Positions 41,912 to 52,277 are shown, counted from the first letter of the stretch. The stretch is 64,000 bases of DNA from Flavobacteriales bacterium (GCA_019638085.1 JAHBUL010000004.1:102444-166443); one strand, 5' to 3'. Notes: a model not told the origin generated them from the letters alone. Translations and numbers: made by a program.

Positions 41912-44311
41912 ATGCGGATCTCCTCAGCTGCCCCTGCTATTTGCTTTCATTGTGGTGAAGCCTGCATGGAAGAGCATGTGGTCGCCGATGCCCATGACTT
42001 CTGCTGCCATGGCTGCAAGGCCGTTCACGACCTGCTTCGCGACAGCGGCCTGCATACCTATTACGAGCTGGAGAAACGCCCCGGGACCAAGTCGGTGGCC
42101 AACGCCGATGAGGCACGTGCGGAGCTGTTCGATCTGCCCGAGGTGCGTGAAAAATTGGTGGAGTTCAACGAGGACGGCATTACCCGGGTGAAGCTGCACG
42201 TGCCGCAGATGCACTGCAGCAGCTGCATCTGGCTCTTGGAGAACCTGGAGAAATTGGAACCTGCGGTAGTGCGGTCCCGCGTACGGTTCGGACAAAAGGA
42301 ACTCACCGTTAACTTTCGGGAAGGCGACCTCAAGCTTCAGGACCTCATCCTCTTATTAAGGCGCATCGGCTATGGACCGCAACTCACCGCCGCCAAGGGG
42401 GACAACAAGCCCGTTGGTGTGCCACGCATGCTGTACGTCCGCTTGGGCGTGGCCGGCTTTTGCTTCGGCAACAGCATGCTCTTCAGCTTTCCGGAATACT
42501 TGGGAGCCGACATCAGTGATGCAATCCTGCTGAAAGGCTTCAGCTACCTGAACATCCTGTTCTCGCTGCCGGTGTTGCTCTTCTCCGCCAATGGCTTCTT
42601 CAGTTCCGCCTTCGCGGGGATCCGTGCGCGACGGATCAACATCGATCAACCCATCGCCTTGGGCATCGTGGTGCTCTTTGTGCGCAGTGTGTTCGATGTG
42701 CTTACCGGCGTTGGTCCCGGTTATTTCGATTCACTGGCCGGGCTGGTCTTCTTCCTGCTGATCGGTCGCTGGTACCAGGCTTACACGTATCAAGCGCTCA
42801 GCTTTGATCGCACGCTGGAGGACTTCCTGCCGATAGCTGTTGTGCGATTGCGCAACGGTACCGAGGAGCACGTGGGTGTGGGTGACCTGATACAAGGCGA
42901 TCGGATATTGGTGCGTGATCAGGAACTCATCCCCGTGGATGGCATTCTTCGCAGTGGGCATGGCCACATTGACAACAGCTTTATCACGGGAGAACCGCTT
43001 CCCATCCGTAAAAATGAGGGTGAGGCCATCCGTGCGGGAGGACGGCAGCGCGGTGCGGCCATTGAGGTGGAAGTGCTCCGTGCCTTCTCGGACAGCCACC
43101 TGAAGAGGCTATGGGAGGAGCACCGCAACGTGAGCTCCGAACGCCCCTTGATGCCGCGCACGATCGACGCGGTGGCACGTCGCTTCACGGTTGCCGTGCT
43201 GCTGATCGCCTTGTTCGCCGGGCTGTTCTGGTGGTGGTACGACCCAAGCCAGATCTGGCAGGTGGTCACCGCCGTATTGATCGTGGCCTGTCCATGTGCG
43301 CTGGCGTTGAGCATGCCCTTCGGCTATGGCCACACCATCCGTCTGCTGGGCAAGCGCGGTCTCTTCCTGCGCGATGCCGAGGTGGTGGAACGCATGTCCT
43401 TCATCGATGCCGTGGTATTCGACAAGACCGGCACGCTCACGGCCCGCGAGGCTTGGGATATGCGTTTCACTGGAGCTCCGCTGAGTGAACACGAGCGTTC
43501 ATTGGTCCGCTCGCTTGCACGCAATAGCACCCATCCGCTCAGTGCCGTACTGTACTCAGGGCTCAAGGCTCCGCTGAAGGAAGTCGGGAATGTGAACGAG
43601 ATCCCCGGTCAGGGAATCAGCGGCACGGCTGATGGGGTGGAAGTGACCTTGGGAAGTGCGAGCCTGATGGACGCGCCCAGCTTCACTCCGGAAAAAGGGG
43701 AAGCCGTGGTACACGTGGCCTTGGACGGCCGACACCGAGGACACTTCATCGTACGGAAGCAAGCCCGTGCAGGCATGGGCGACAGCGTGCGCGACGTGCA
43801 CTTGGGCGCAGCCACCTACTTGGTAACAGGCGACCTTACCGTGGATCCTGAAGTGGCGGCGATGTTCACCCCGGAGCATACCGTTACCGGATGCACTCCT
43901 GCGGAGAAGGCCAAGTTCGTGAAGCAGCTTCAGAAGGAAGGTCGCAGGGTAATGATGGTGGGCGATGGTTTGAACGATGCCGGTGCCCTGTTGCAGAGTG
44001 ATGTGGGGGTTACCGTGAGCGAAAGCAGCGCGGCCCTTACCCCTGCCAGCGATGCCATCGTGGATGCCTCGGCGTTACATGCTCTCCCGCGCATGTTGCG
44101 GCTTACCCGAAGTGCACACCGCATCGTGATCGCCAGCCTCATACTTTCCTTGCTGTACAATGTCACAGGCGTCTCCTTCGCCGTTTCGGGCCATCTCACA
44201 CCGCTGGTGGCGGCCATTCTTATGCCGCTCAGTTCAGTATCCGTAGTGGGGTTTGTATCATTGGCGGTGTGGTGGGTCGCCCGGCGCGAAGCTTTGGTCA
44301 GCCACACTTGA
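41912..44311 (+). CDS. ccoI: copper-translocating P1B-type ATPase, cbb3 oxidase maturation type (CcoI/FixI)
   Basis: N-terminal Cys-rich FixI-type domain (CFHCGEAC...CCHGCKAV). CPC motif (VACPCALAL). Phosphorylation motif DKTGTLT. ...MVGDGLNDAGAL... Start at internal ATG 41912. Confidence 0.85.
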   Translation: MRISSAAPAICFHCGEACMEEHVVADAHDFCCHGCKAVHDLLRDSGLHTYYELEKRPGTKSVANADEARAELFDLPEVREKLVEFNEDGITRVKLHVPQMHCSSCIWLLENLEKLEPAVVRSRVRFGQKELTVNFREGDLKLQDLILLLRRIGYGPQLTAAKGDNKPVGVPRMLYVRLGVAGFCFGNSMLFSFPEYLGADISDAILLKGFSYLNILFSLPVLLFSANGFFSSAFAGIRARRINIDQPIALGIVVLFVRSVFDVLTGVGPGYFDSLAGLVFFLLIGRWYQAYTYQALSFDRTLEDFLPIAVVRLRNGTEEHVGVGDLIQGDRILVRDQELIPVDGILRSGHGHIDNSFITGEPLPIRKNEGEAIRAGGRQRGAAIEVEVLRAFSDSHLKRLWEEHRNVSSERPLMPRTIDAVARRFTVAVLLIALFAGLFWWWYDPSQIWQVVTAVLIVACPCALALSMPFGYGHTIRLLGKRGLFLRDAEVVERMSFIDAVVFDKTGTLTAREAWDMRFTGAPLSEHERSLVRSLARNSTHPLSAVLYSGLKAPLKEVGNVNEIPGQGISGTADGVEVTLGSASLMDAPSFTPEKGEAVVHVALDGRHRGHFIVRKQARAGMGDSVRDVHLGAATYLVTGDLTVDPEVAAMFTPEHTVTGCTPAEKAKFVKQLQKEGRRVMMVGDGLNDAGALLQSDVGVTVSESSAALTPASDAIVDASALHALPRMLRLTRSAHRIVIASLILSLLYNVTGVSFAVSGHLTPLVAAILMPLSSVSVVGFVSLAVWWVARREALVSHT

Positions 44312-44387
44312 ATCACGAAGTGAAATTCGTAACTGACTTTCATCAATAGCAGGATTGATCTGGCTCAGCACGGAAATGTCACAGCAA

Positions 44388-44401
44388 GGTCAACTTTGAC
44401 C
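44388..44401. promoter_or_regulatory. palindrome GGTCAA-CT-TTGACC 15 nt upstream of ccoS; candidate operator for the cco operon
   Basis: 6-bp perfect arms with a 2-nt spacer. TTGATC at 44355..44360 also lies nearby. Confidence 0.3.
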
Positions 44402-44415
44402 CCTCCTCTGAATAC

Positions 44416-44580
44416 ATGAGTGTCATCTTCCTCCTCATCAGCGCCAGCACGCTCGTAGCCGGGATCTTCCTGGTGGCCTTCCTCTGGGCGGTGCGCTCGG
44501 GGCAATACGACGACGACCGCTCCCCTGCCGTTCGCATCCTTTCCGACGATACCCCAACAGAAGCAACTGAAAACAAGTGA
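44416..44580 (+). CDS. ccoS: cbb3-type cytochrome oxidase maturation protein CcoS/FixS (54 aa; absent from the ORF track)
   Basis: Translated by eye: MSVIFLLISASTLVAGIFLVAFLWAVRSGQYDDDRSPAVRILSDDTPTEATENK. Single TM plus the conserved W..RSGQ(Y/F)DD motif, immediately upstream of ccoN. Confidence 0.7.
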   Translation: MSVIFLLISASTLVAGIFLVAFLWAVRSGQYDDDRSPAVRILSDDTPTEATENK

Positions 44581-44584
44581 CCAC

Positions 44585-46723
44585 ATGATCGAACGTTTTG
44601 CCTATGACAACCGCCCTGTACGCGCCTTCCTCTGGGCCACCATCTTCTGGGGGACAGTGGGCATGTTGGTCGGGCTTTGGGCTGCGCTGCAGCTGGTGCT
44701 GCCCCAACTGAACCTGTGGGAGTGGTTCACCTTCGGTCGGCTTCGTCCGCTGCACACCAATTCGGTGGTTTTCGCATTCGTGGGCAACGGCATTTTCGCC
44801 GGGGTGTATTACAGCCTGCCACGCCTGCTGAAAACGCAGATGTGGAGCCGCACACTTACGTTGCTACAATTCTGGAGCTGGCAGGCCATCATTGTCAGTG
44901 CCGCGATCACCCTCCCCTTGGGCATCACCGCCAGTAAGGAATATGCGGAACTGGAATGGCCCATCGACATCGCCATCACCATCTCCTGGGTGCTCTTCGG
45001 CATCAACATGTTCGGCACCATCCTGAAGCGCCGCGAGAAACATCTCTACGTGGCCATCTGGTTCTACATCGCCACATGGGTTACAGTGGCCATGCTTCAC
45101 ATCGTGAACAGCTATGCCATTCCGGTCACCCTTTGGAAAAGCTACAGCGGATACGCCGGCGTGCAGGATGCCTTGGTACAATGGTGGTACGGGCACAACG
45201 CGGTGGCCTTCTTCCTCACCACGCCCTACCTGGGCTTGATGTACTACTTCGTCCCCAAGGCGGCCAACCGGCCGGTTTACAGCTACAAGCTCTCCATCAT
45301 CCACTTCTGGGCACTCATCTTCATTTATATCTGGGCGGGGCCGCACCATTTGCTCTATAGCTCACTTCCGGAATGGGCGCAGAGCCTGGGCACAGTGTTC
45401 AGCATCATGCTGATCGCCCCCAGCTGGGGTGGTATGCTCAACGGCCTGCTCACCCTGCGCGGCGCATGGGACCGCGTTCGCGAGGATGTGGTGCTGAAGT
45501 TCTTCGTGGTGGCACTTACGGCCTATGGCATGGCCACGCTCGAGGGACCGTTGCTGAGCATCAAGGCATTCAACGCCATCAGCCACTTCACCGACTGGAC
45601 CATTGCACACGTACACGTGGGCGCCTTGGGCTGGAACGGCTTCCTCACTTTCGGGATGATCTACTTCCTGGTGCCGCGCCTCTTCCGCACCAAAATGTGG
45701 AGCAGGAAGCTGGCAAATGGCCACTTCTGGATCGGCACCCTCGGCATCATCTTCTACACCATCCCACTGTACTTCGCCGGCTTCACCCAGAGCCTGATGT
45801 GGAAGCAGTTCACCCCGGATGGATACCTCGTGTACAGCAACTTCCTGGACACGGTGCTCCAGATCAACTATGCGTACTGGCTGCGCTCACTCGGTGGCAC
45901 GCTGTACCTGATCGGCACGTTCATGATGGTGTACAACGTGTACCGCACCGCGAAGCAAGGCAGCTTCCTGGCGAGTGAGCCTGCCGAGGCACCGGCCATG
46001 GAAAAGGAGAGCAGGGAAGTTTCCGTATCCGGCCACTGGCACCGTTGGATCGAGAAGCGCCCGATGCAGATGTTGTTCTTCAGCCTGATCGCCGTGGCCA
46101 TCGGTGGTATGGTGGAAATGATCCCCACCTTCCTCATCCAGAGCAATGTACCCACCATCACCAGTGTAAAGCCATATACACCGCTGGAGTTACAAGGCCG
46201 GGATATCTATGTGGCCGAAGGATGCTACAACTGCCACTCCCAAATGATACGCCCGTTCCGCAGTGAGACCGAGCGCTACGGCGAGTACTCCAAGGCCGGC
46301 GAGTTCATCTACGATCGCCCCTTCCAATGGGGAAGCAAGCGAACCGGCCCGGACCTGGCCCGCGTGGGCGGTAAATACCAGGACAGCTGGCACTTCTATC
46401 ACATGCTCGACCCCGGCAAGTTCGTGAAGGGATCCATGATGCCGCCCTATCCGCACATGTTCGAGAAGCAGATCGACCTGAAGAATACGGAACGGAAGAT
46501 CGATGTGATGCGCAAGCTGGGCGTGCCCTACACCGCCGAGTTCGCACGAACCGCCAATGATTCGCTCATGGTACAGGCCCAAGGCATCGCCGACAACCTC
46601 GCCAAGGGCGGCATCGAGATCGACGCGGACAAGCAGATCATTGCCATGATCGCATACCTCCAGCGCCTGGGTACCGATATCAAAGTGAAACCGCTCAATG
46701 GGGATACCCAAGTAAAACCCTGA
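44585..46723 (+). CDS. ccoNO: cbb3-type cytochrome c oxidase subunit I fused to mono-heme subunit II (CcoN-CcoO fusion)
   Basis: 12-TM heme-copper oxidase body with His ligands. C-terminal CYNCHSQMIRPF...YDRPFQWGSKRTGPDLARVGGKY is CcoO. Confidence 0.9.
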   Translation: MIERFAYDNRPVRAFLWATIFWGTVGMLVGLWAALQLVLPQLNLWEWFTFGRLRPLHTNSVVFAFVGNGIFAGVYYSLPRLLKTQMWSRTLTLLQFWSWQAIIVSAAITLPLGITASKEYAELEWPIDIAITISWVLFGINMFGTILKRREKHLYVAIWFYIATWVTVAMLHIVNSYAIPVTLWKSYSGYAGVQDALVQWWYGHNAVAFFLTTPYLGLMYYFVPKAANRPVYSYKLSIIHFWALIFIYIWAGPHHLLYSSLPEWAQSLGTVFSIMLIAPSWGGMLNGLLTLRGAWDRVREDVVLKFFVVALTAYGMATLEGPLLSIKAFNAISHFTDWTIAHVHVGALGWNGFLTFGMIYFLVPRLFRTKMWSRKLANGHFWIGTLGIIFYTIPLYFAGFTQSLMWKQFTPDGYLVYSNFLDTVLQINYAYWLRSLGGTLYLIGTFMMVYNVYRTAKQGSFLASEPAEAPAMEKESREVSVSGHWHRWIEKRPMQMLFFSLIAVAIGGMVEMIPTFLIQSNVPTITSVKPYTPLELQGRDIYVAEGCYNCHSQMIRPFRSETERYGEYSKAGEFIYDRPFQWGSKRTGPDLARVGGKYQDSWHFYHMLDPGKFVKGSMMPPYPHMFEKQIDLKNTERKIDVMRKLGVPYTAEFARTANDSLMVQAQGIADNLAKGGIEIDADKQIIAMIAYLQRLGTDIKVKPLNGDTQVKP

Positions 46724-46730
46724 TCCAGCC

Positions 46731-46937
46731 ATGTTGAAGTACATCGCAAACCACCTCAACTCGATCAATGGGATCGCCCTGTGGCCCACTATTTCGTTCG
46801 TGTTCTTTTTCGCCTTTTTCCTGGTGATGGTCTGGTGGGTGCTCACCACTCCCAAGAAGGATCTTGAACACATCGCACACGTTCCATTGAACGACGAGGA
46901 AGGACAGCCCATCAACACCCTCAAGGACCGATCATGA
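46731..46937 (+). CDS. ccoQ: CcoQ/FixQ-like small cbb3 oxidase subunit
   Basis: 68 aa with single TM (ALWPTISFVFFFAFFLVMVWWVL), between ccoNO and ccoP. 4-nt overlap with ccoP. Confidence 0.55.
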   Translation: MLKYIANHLNSINGIALWPTISFVFFFAFFLVMVWWVLTTPKKDLEHIAHVPLNDEEGQPINTLKDRS

Positions 46938-48115
46938 ACCAGAGCGGAACAGCCCTCCCAAGGATCTGTGTACTGACCACAGGTCTCTTGATGCTTGCCA
47001 GTGTAATGGCACAAGGGTCCGAAAACGTAACGGAACCCGCACCCATCCTCGGATCCCCATGGGGAACTTGGCATTGGCTGCTCGGTATCGCCATCTTGCA
47101 GATGGTGATCATCGTTGTACTGAGCCGCATCCTGAGCATTCTGGGAGGCCCCGGTCCGCACTGGTCCAAACCATGGACCACTGGTGGTACCAGGACCATG
47201 GTGTTGGTCCCCGCGCTATTGGCACTGGCAGGTACCGCGCAAGCCCAAGCCTATCAAGGCCCTGATAATGCGCTGAGCCATGAGGGGACGCTCTGGGTCC
47301 TGGCCATGTTGAACGCCCTCCTGCTCGGGGTGATCCTCTTCCAGATCAATTTGATCCGAAAGCTCACCCACCACGTGGCGGGCCCTTCAACGGAGCTGGC
47401 CGCTGAGACGGCGGTACAGCAGGGACCATCCTGGTGGGCACGTCTGATGCAAAGCCTGACAAGGCAAGTACCCGTGGAGCAGGAAAAGGAGATCGAACTG
47501 GACCATGAGTATGATGGGATCCGCGAATTGGACAACAGTTTGCCGCCCTGGTGGCTTTGGCTCTTTTATGGCACCATCGTATGGAGCGTGGTGTACTTGG
47601 TGAACATACATGTGATCAAGATCTGGCCGGACCAGGACACCGAATACCGCTTGGAGATGGCCAAGGCAAAGGCCGATGTGGACGCATACCTCGCCACGCT
47701 CACCGACCTGGTGGATGAGAACACCGTGGAGCGGCATAACGACCCCAGCGTGATCAGCACCGGCAAGACGATCTATATGGACAATTGCACCCCGTGCCAT
47801 GGCAAGGCCTTGGAAGGAGTGGAGGGCCTCGGCCCCAACCTTGTTGATGGCTATTGGAAGCACGGAGGCGGGATCAAGAACGTGTTCCGTGTGATCAAAT
47901 ACGGTGTGCCTGACAAGGGCATGATCAGCTGGAAAGCGCAGCTGAAGCCTTCTGAAATTGCAGCCTTGGCCGAGTACATCCTCAGCAAGGAAGGAAGCAA
48001 CCCGCCCAATGCGAAAGCACCCGAAGGCGAATTGTGGCAAGAAGGTGAAGCCACCACTGAACCGAAGGACCAAACCTCTGAACCGGATACTGCGCGGACA
48101 GCCGCGATGAAATGA
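46934..48115 (+). CDS. ccoP: cbb3-type cytochrome c oxidase subunit III (CcoP/FixP-like, single CxxCH detected)
   Basis: TM segments. ...LPPWWLWLFYGTIVWSVVYL... (CcoP N-terminal signature). Heme-binding CTPCHG. Confidence 0.75.
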   Translation: MNQSGTALPRICVLTTGLLMLASVMAQGSENVTEPAPILGSPWGTWHWLLGIAILQMVIIVVLSRILSILGGPGPHWSKPWTTGGTRTMVLVPALLALAGTAQAQAYQGPDNALSHEGTLWVLAMLNALLLGVILFQINLIRKLTHHVAGPSTELAAETAVQQGPSWWARLMQSLTRQVPVEQEKEIELDHEYDGIRELDNSLPPWWLWLFYGTIVWSVVYLVNIHVIKIWPDQDTEYRLEMAKAKADVDAYLATLTDLVDENTVERHNDPSVISTGKTIYMDNCTPCHGKALEGVEGLGPNLVDGYWKHGGGIKNVFRVIKYGVPDKGMISWKAQLKPSEIAALAEYILSKEGSNPPNAKAPEGELWQEGEATTEPKDQTSEPDTARTAAMK

Positions 48116-49572
48116 CATCCAAGGAATCCATACCGCACCATACGCGCAGGTTCGCTCCGGACGTTGCGGAGGCCGATACCGAAAGCTATCGCGACCATAT
48201 TTCCACGGTGGACAAGGAGGGTAAGCGGATCTGGCTTCATCCTAAGAAACCATCCGGGCGCTACTTCCGGATGCGGAAATGGTTCGGCTATAGCCTGCTC
48301 GCAGTACTGGTAGTGATGCCCTGGATCCGTATCAAGGGCGAACCGTTCCTGATGGTGAACGTGATCGAACGGCGCTTCGTGATCTTGGGCCAGACATTCT
48401 GGCCGCAGGATATCCACCTCTTCGTGCTGGCCTTTTTGATCGGGGTGATCTTCATTGCCCTTTTCACTGTGGCTTTCGGTCGTTTGTTCTGCGGCTGGGC
48501 CTGTCCGCAAACGGTCTTCATGGAATTGGTCTTCCGCCGGATCGAGTACTGGATCGAAGGGGATTGGAAGCAGCAGATGGCGTTGAACCGTGGACCGCTG
48601 AACACGGAAAAGGTGCTGAAGAAGGGGGCTAAACACCTGCTCTTCTTTGGAGTTGCCTTTGCCATCGGAAATGTATTCCTCTCGTACTTGGTGGGCAGCG
48701 ACCACCTGATGCGGATCATGCGCGAAGGGCCGGTCGAGCACTGGGAAAGCTTTGCGGCCTTGCTCATCTTCTCCGGTATTTTCTACGGTGTATTCGCATT
48801 TATGCGCGAACAGGTCTGCACCACCATCTGCCCGTACGGTCGCCTGCAAAGTGTACTGCTGGACCGGGAAAGTATCGTGGTCGCCTACGATCATGTGCGC
48901 GGGGAAAAGCGAGCCAAATTCCGGAAAGGCGAAGTGCGCAGCGAAGTGGACAAGGGCGATTGCATCGATTGCAATGCCTGTGTGCACGTTTGCCCTACCG
49001 GCATCGATATCCGGAACGGCACCCAATTGGAATGCGTGAACTGCACCGCCTGCATTGATGCATGCGACGATATCATGGAGGCAGTGGACCTGCCCAAAGG
49101 CTTGATCCGATTTGCCAGTGAGGCCGAGATCTCCGATAAGCGCCCGTTCCGATGGACGATGCGCATGAAGGCATATTCTGCTGTTCTCGGCGTGCTGGTG
49201 ATCGCGCTGTTCGCGCTCGTCCTCACACGCAGTGATGTGGAAAGCACCGTGCTACGCACGCCCGGCCTGCTCTTTCAAAAGCGCGATGATGGCCGCATCA
49301 GCAACCTGTATTCCTACAAGTTGGTGAACAAGACCAACCGGGATATGCCGGTGCATTTCGAACTTCTGAATGCGGACGGGGAAGTCCAAGCAGTAGGAGC
49401 TTTCCCCATGGTGGAACGGGCTTCCATGCATCAGGGCGAACTGTTCATCATCCTGGAGTCGCACGAGCTGGAAGGCTACAATACACTGCTCACGGTGGGT
49501 GTCTATTCCGGGGATAAATTGCTGGAGAAGGTGAAGACTTCCTTTATCGGTCCCATGAAACGATCCAAATGA
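48112..49572 (+). CDS. ccoG: cytochrome c oxidase accessory protein CcoG (4Fe-4S ferredoxin-type, membrane)
   Basis: CGWACPQTVFMELVF, CIDCNACVHVCPTGIDIRNG, CVNCTACIDAC. Confidence 0.85.
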   Translation: MTSKESIPHHTRRFAPDVAEADTESYRDHISTVDKEGKRIWLHPKKPSGRYFRMRKWFGYSLLAVLVVMPWIRIKGEPFLMVNVIERRFVILGQTFWPQDIHLFVLAFLIGVIFIALFTVAFGRLFCGWACPQTVFMELVFRRIEYWIEGDWKQQMALNRGPLNTEKVLKKGAKHLLFFGVAFAIGNVFLSYLVGSDHLMRIMREGPVEHWESFAALLIFSGIFYGVFAFMREQVCTTICPYGRLQSVLLDRESIVVAYDHVRGEKRAKFRKGEVRSEVDKGDCIDCNACVHVCPTGIDIRNGTQLECVNCTACIDACDDIMEAVDLPKGLIRFASEAEISDKRPFRWTMRMKAYSAVLGVLVIALFALVLTRSDVESTVLRTPGLLFQKRDDGRISNLYSYKLVNKTNRDMPVHFELLNADGEVQAVGAFPMVERASMHQGELFIILESHELEGYNTLLTVGVYSGDKLLEKVKTSFIGPMKRSK

Positions 49573-50012
49573 AATTCCACTTCGGTCACGGTGTCGCCGT
49601 GGTGCTCTCCCTCTTCGCGCTGATGCTCGCTTGGTTCATGATGCGGGCCATTGCCAATGCCGAGGAACTGGTGACGGACAATTACTACGAAAAGGAACTC
49701 CTCTTCCAACAGGACATTGATAAGCTTGAACGGGCAGTAGCGCACGGCGAGGTGGTGTTGATGGAGGTGAAGGATCAAAAGTTGCGGATCACCTTTCCCG
49801 AGGTACTGCGCGGCAAGGCCATCACTGGCACACTGGAAATGATGCGCCCGAGTGACGCTCGTGCTGACCAACTCGTGGCGGTCAAGGCGGATCATGACGG
49901 CATATTTGTTATTCCCGTTTCCGATTGGATGCGCGGCCTCTACCGTGCCCGCTTGGATTGGAGGGTGGACGGTGAGGATCATTTGAGTGAACAACAGCTT
50001 GTAGTGCCGTGA
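49569..50012 (+). CDS. ccoH: FixH/CcoH-family protein
   Basis: 147 aa with N-terminal TM then a beta-rich domain. Positioned after ccoG with a 4-nt overlap. Confidence 0.7.
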   Translation: MKFHFGHGVAVVLSLFALMLAWFMMRAIANAEELVTDNYYEKELLFQQDIDKLERAVAHGEVVLMEVKDQKLRITFPEVLRGKAITGTLEMMRPSDARADQLVAVKADHDGIFVIPVSDWMRGLYRARLDWRVDGEDHLSEQQLVVP

Positions 50013-50740
50013 ACGCCTTGATCATTTCCGCCTTTGCATTGGGCCTGTTCAGCAGCTTCCATTGCATCGGTATGTGCGGTCCCATTGCCTTGGCCGTCCC
50101 TTCCTCCCGCACCACTTGGACCGGAAGAACGGGCGATGCCCTCTTGCTGAATTTCGGCAGGATCGCCACATACGCCTTGCTCGGCTTGCTATTCGGAATG
50201 TTCGGCCGTGGCCTTCGCTTGGCAGGACTGCAACAAGGGATCAGCATTGCGCTTGGTGCGGTGATCTTGATCGGTCTGCTTTGGCCTGCCTTGATGAAAG
50301 GACACGTGATCACCGGAAAAATAGCGATGTGGACCTCGGGCTTCCGGCAGGTGATGGCAAGGCACTTGGGGCGTACATCACCCACGGGGCTTTGGTCCAC
50401 CGGCATGCTCAACGGCCTGTTGCCGTGTGGGCTGGTGTACTTGGCGCTCGCGGGTTCACTGGTACAGCAAAGCCCTTGGCAAGGCTCCCTGTTCATGATC
50501 TCATTTGGCCTGGGTACCATTCCTGCCCTGCTCGCCGTGCGATTGGGAACGGCGAAGTTGAGCATGGCCAAACGCGCCTTGGTGAGAAAGCTCTCACCCT
50601 TTCTGGTGGCCGGCATGGGCGTCCTCTTCGTACTACGGGGGATGGGTTTGGGCATCCCCTACATCAGCCCTGTGCTGTATGAGGTGACCACCGGTGTGCA
50701 GCCATGCCACGATACTGCGGTGCCCGTACTTCCGCGTTGA
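50009..50740 (+). CDS. TauE/SafE-family (sulfite-exporter-like) membrane protein often found in cco clusters
   Basis: GTG start overlapping the ccoH stop. Multi-TM with CxxxC (CIGMCGP) and G-rich helices. Confidence 0.6.
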   Translation: MNALIISAFALGLFSSFHCIGMCGPIALAVPSSRTTWTGRTGDALLLNFGRIATYALLGLLFGMFGRGLRLAGLQQGISIALGAVILIGLLWPALMKGHVITGKIAMWTSGFRQVMARHLGRTSPTGLWSTGMLNGLLPCGLVYLALAGSLVQQSPWQGSLFMISFGLGTIPALLAVRLGTAKLSMAKRALVRKLSPFLVAGMGVLFVLRGMGLGIPYISPVLYEVTTGVQPCHDTAVPVLPR

Positions 50741-50777
50741 CCCCTCATCTTCGCCGTGCCTTTCATCGGCATGGTCC

Positions 50778-52277
50778 ATGTCCACATCCACCTTCACCAC
50801 GTTTGATCGCCGCGTATTTGCCGTGGCCGTGGTGGTGTACCTGTGTGCAGCATGGTTCAGTACCGGCTTCCACGCCGCGGATGAGCATTACCAAGTGATC
50901 GCTTTTGCCGAGGCGAAGCTGGGCAACCAGCCACTGGATGAAATGCCGTGGGAGTTTGATGCCAGGATCCGTTCCGCGTTCCTGCCCACCCTTTGCATCG
51001 GGGTGTTCAAGGTGAGCAGTGCCGTTGGTTTGAATGATCCCTTTGCATTGAGCTTTCTCCTGCGATTCATCACCGCCCTCTTCGCGCTCTATGCGATCCG
51101 CCGGTTCGTTGGAGCAGTGCGCCACAACGTGTTGCCTGCTCTGTGGAAGCCGTTCCTCCTGCTGTCCTTCTTCCTCTGGTTCCTGCCCTTCATCGGTGTT
51201 CGTTTTGCGGGCGAGACCTGGTCCGGCCTGTTCATATTGCTTGCCTTGGCCGCATTGATCTCCCCGAAGCCTCCCACTGCGCACTACTTCCAATGCGGCC
51301 TGTTCATAGGCCTGGCCTTCCTGTGCCGCCCACCGACCTTGTTCATGGCCTTGGGCATCGTGCTCTGGTTGGTCTTGGTGAAACGGGAACGCGCCCGAAG
51401 CATCCTGTATTTGGTCCTCGGCATTGCCGTGATGATGCTGGCGGGTATTGCCTTGGACAGTTGGTACTACAACGAACCTACGATCACTGCATGGAATTAC
51501 CTCCGCCAAGGGATCACAGGTACTGGGGATCAGCGCTTCATTTCCTATGCTTGGTGGTACTATCCCGCGTGGTTGATCAAGTACACCATTCCCCCGTTCG
51601 GGCTTGCGATCCTCGCTGCGTTCGCAACTTTATTGGCGTTCAGACCGAAGCACATCCTCGTCTGGGTGATCGTCCCCATTCTGTTGCTTCATCTGGCTTT
51701 GGCGCACAAGGATCTCCGCTTCCTGTATCCGATTGCTTTCCTGCTTCCAGTGCTCTTGGTACAGGCTTGGAGCGTTTGGGTAGAGCGAAAGGTTCTGAAG
51801 CCCACTCCATCCAGGACCATCATGTTCATCCTTGGTGCTGTGGTCGTGATCAATCTGCTTGCATTGCTGGTGGTTATCACTTCTCCTGCCGGAAGCGGAC
51901 GAACACGCTTAGCAGCCTTGGTCCGTAGCCGGTACTCCGGTGAGGCCGTGCGCCTGAATTATGTAGCGGACAGCACGACCGTTTGGGATATTCGTATTCC
52001 GTGCTTCTACCTGCCCCCAACAGCCTCGGATACCTTGATCGACGCGCCGTGCAGCCCGATGTCACGAATTTCAGGCACCATCGAATTGTTGGTGACCGAC
52101 CAACCAGGAACGGCCTGCAACGGTCTCGATGGGCGCACATGGACCGTAGTGGGAAGCGCGATTCCCCCGTGGAAACAATTCGCTTTGAAATGGTACGAAT
52201 GGGAGGACAGGAAACCTGTATGGAAGCTTTACGAAAGTCGTCCAAAGGGGATGCCCCACTTACCTTCGGCACCATGA
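50778..52277 (+). CDS. integral-membrane glycosyltransferase, Alg9/PIG-B-like mannosyltransferase family (GT22-like)
   Basis: ~500 aa multi-TM. N-terminal luminal motif ...HAADEHYQVIAFA... resembles the D-E-(Y/F)-x-Q signature of GT22 mannosyltransferases. Confidence 0.45.
   Translation: MSTSTFTTFDRRVFAVAVVVYLCAAWFSTGFHAADEHYQVIAFAEAKLGNQPLDEMPWEFDARIRSAFLPTLCIGVFKVSSAVGLNDPFALSFLLRFITALFALYAIRRFVGAVRHNVLPALWKPFLLLSFFLWFLPFIGVRFAGETWSGLFILLALAALISPKPPTAHYFQCGLFIGLAFLCRPPTLFMALGIVLWLVLVKRERARSILYLVLGIAVMMLAGIALDSWYYNEPTITAWNYLRQGITGTGDQRFISYAWWYYPAWLIKYTIPPFGLAILAAFATLLAFRPKHILVWVIVPILLLHLALAHKDLRFLYPIAFLLPVLLVQAWSVWVERKVLKPTPSRTIMFILGAVVVINLLALLVVITSPAGSGRTRLAALVRSRYSGEAVRLNYVADSTTVWDIRIPCFYLPPTASDTLIDAPCSPMSRISGTIELLVTDQPGTACNGLDGRTWTVVGSAIPPWKQFALKWYEWEDRKPVWKLYESRPKGMPHLPSAP

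Noticed and set aside
47851-49026. 391-aa ORF on - strand (also 46190..47161, 47387..48118)
   Set aside because: Antisense to ccoP and ccoG, which carry heme and Fe-S motifs on the + strand.
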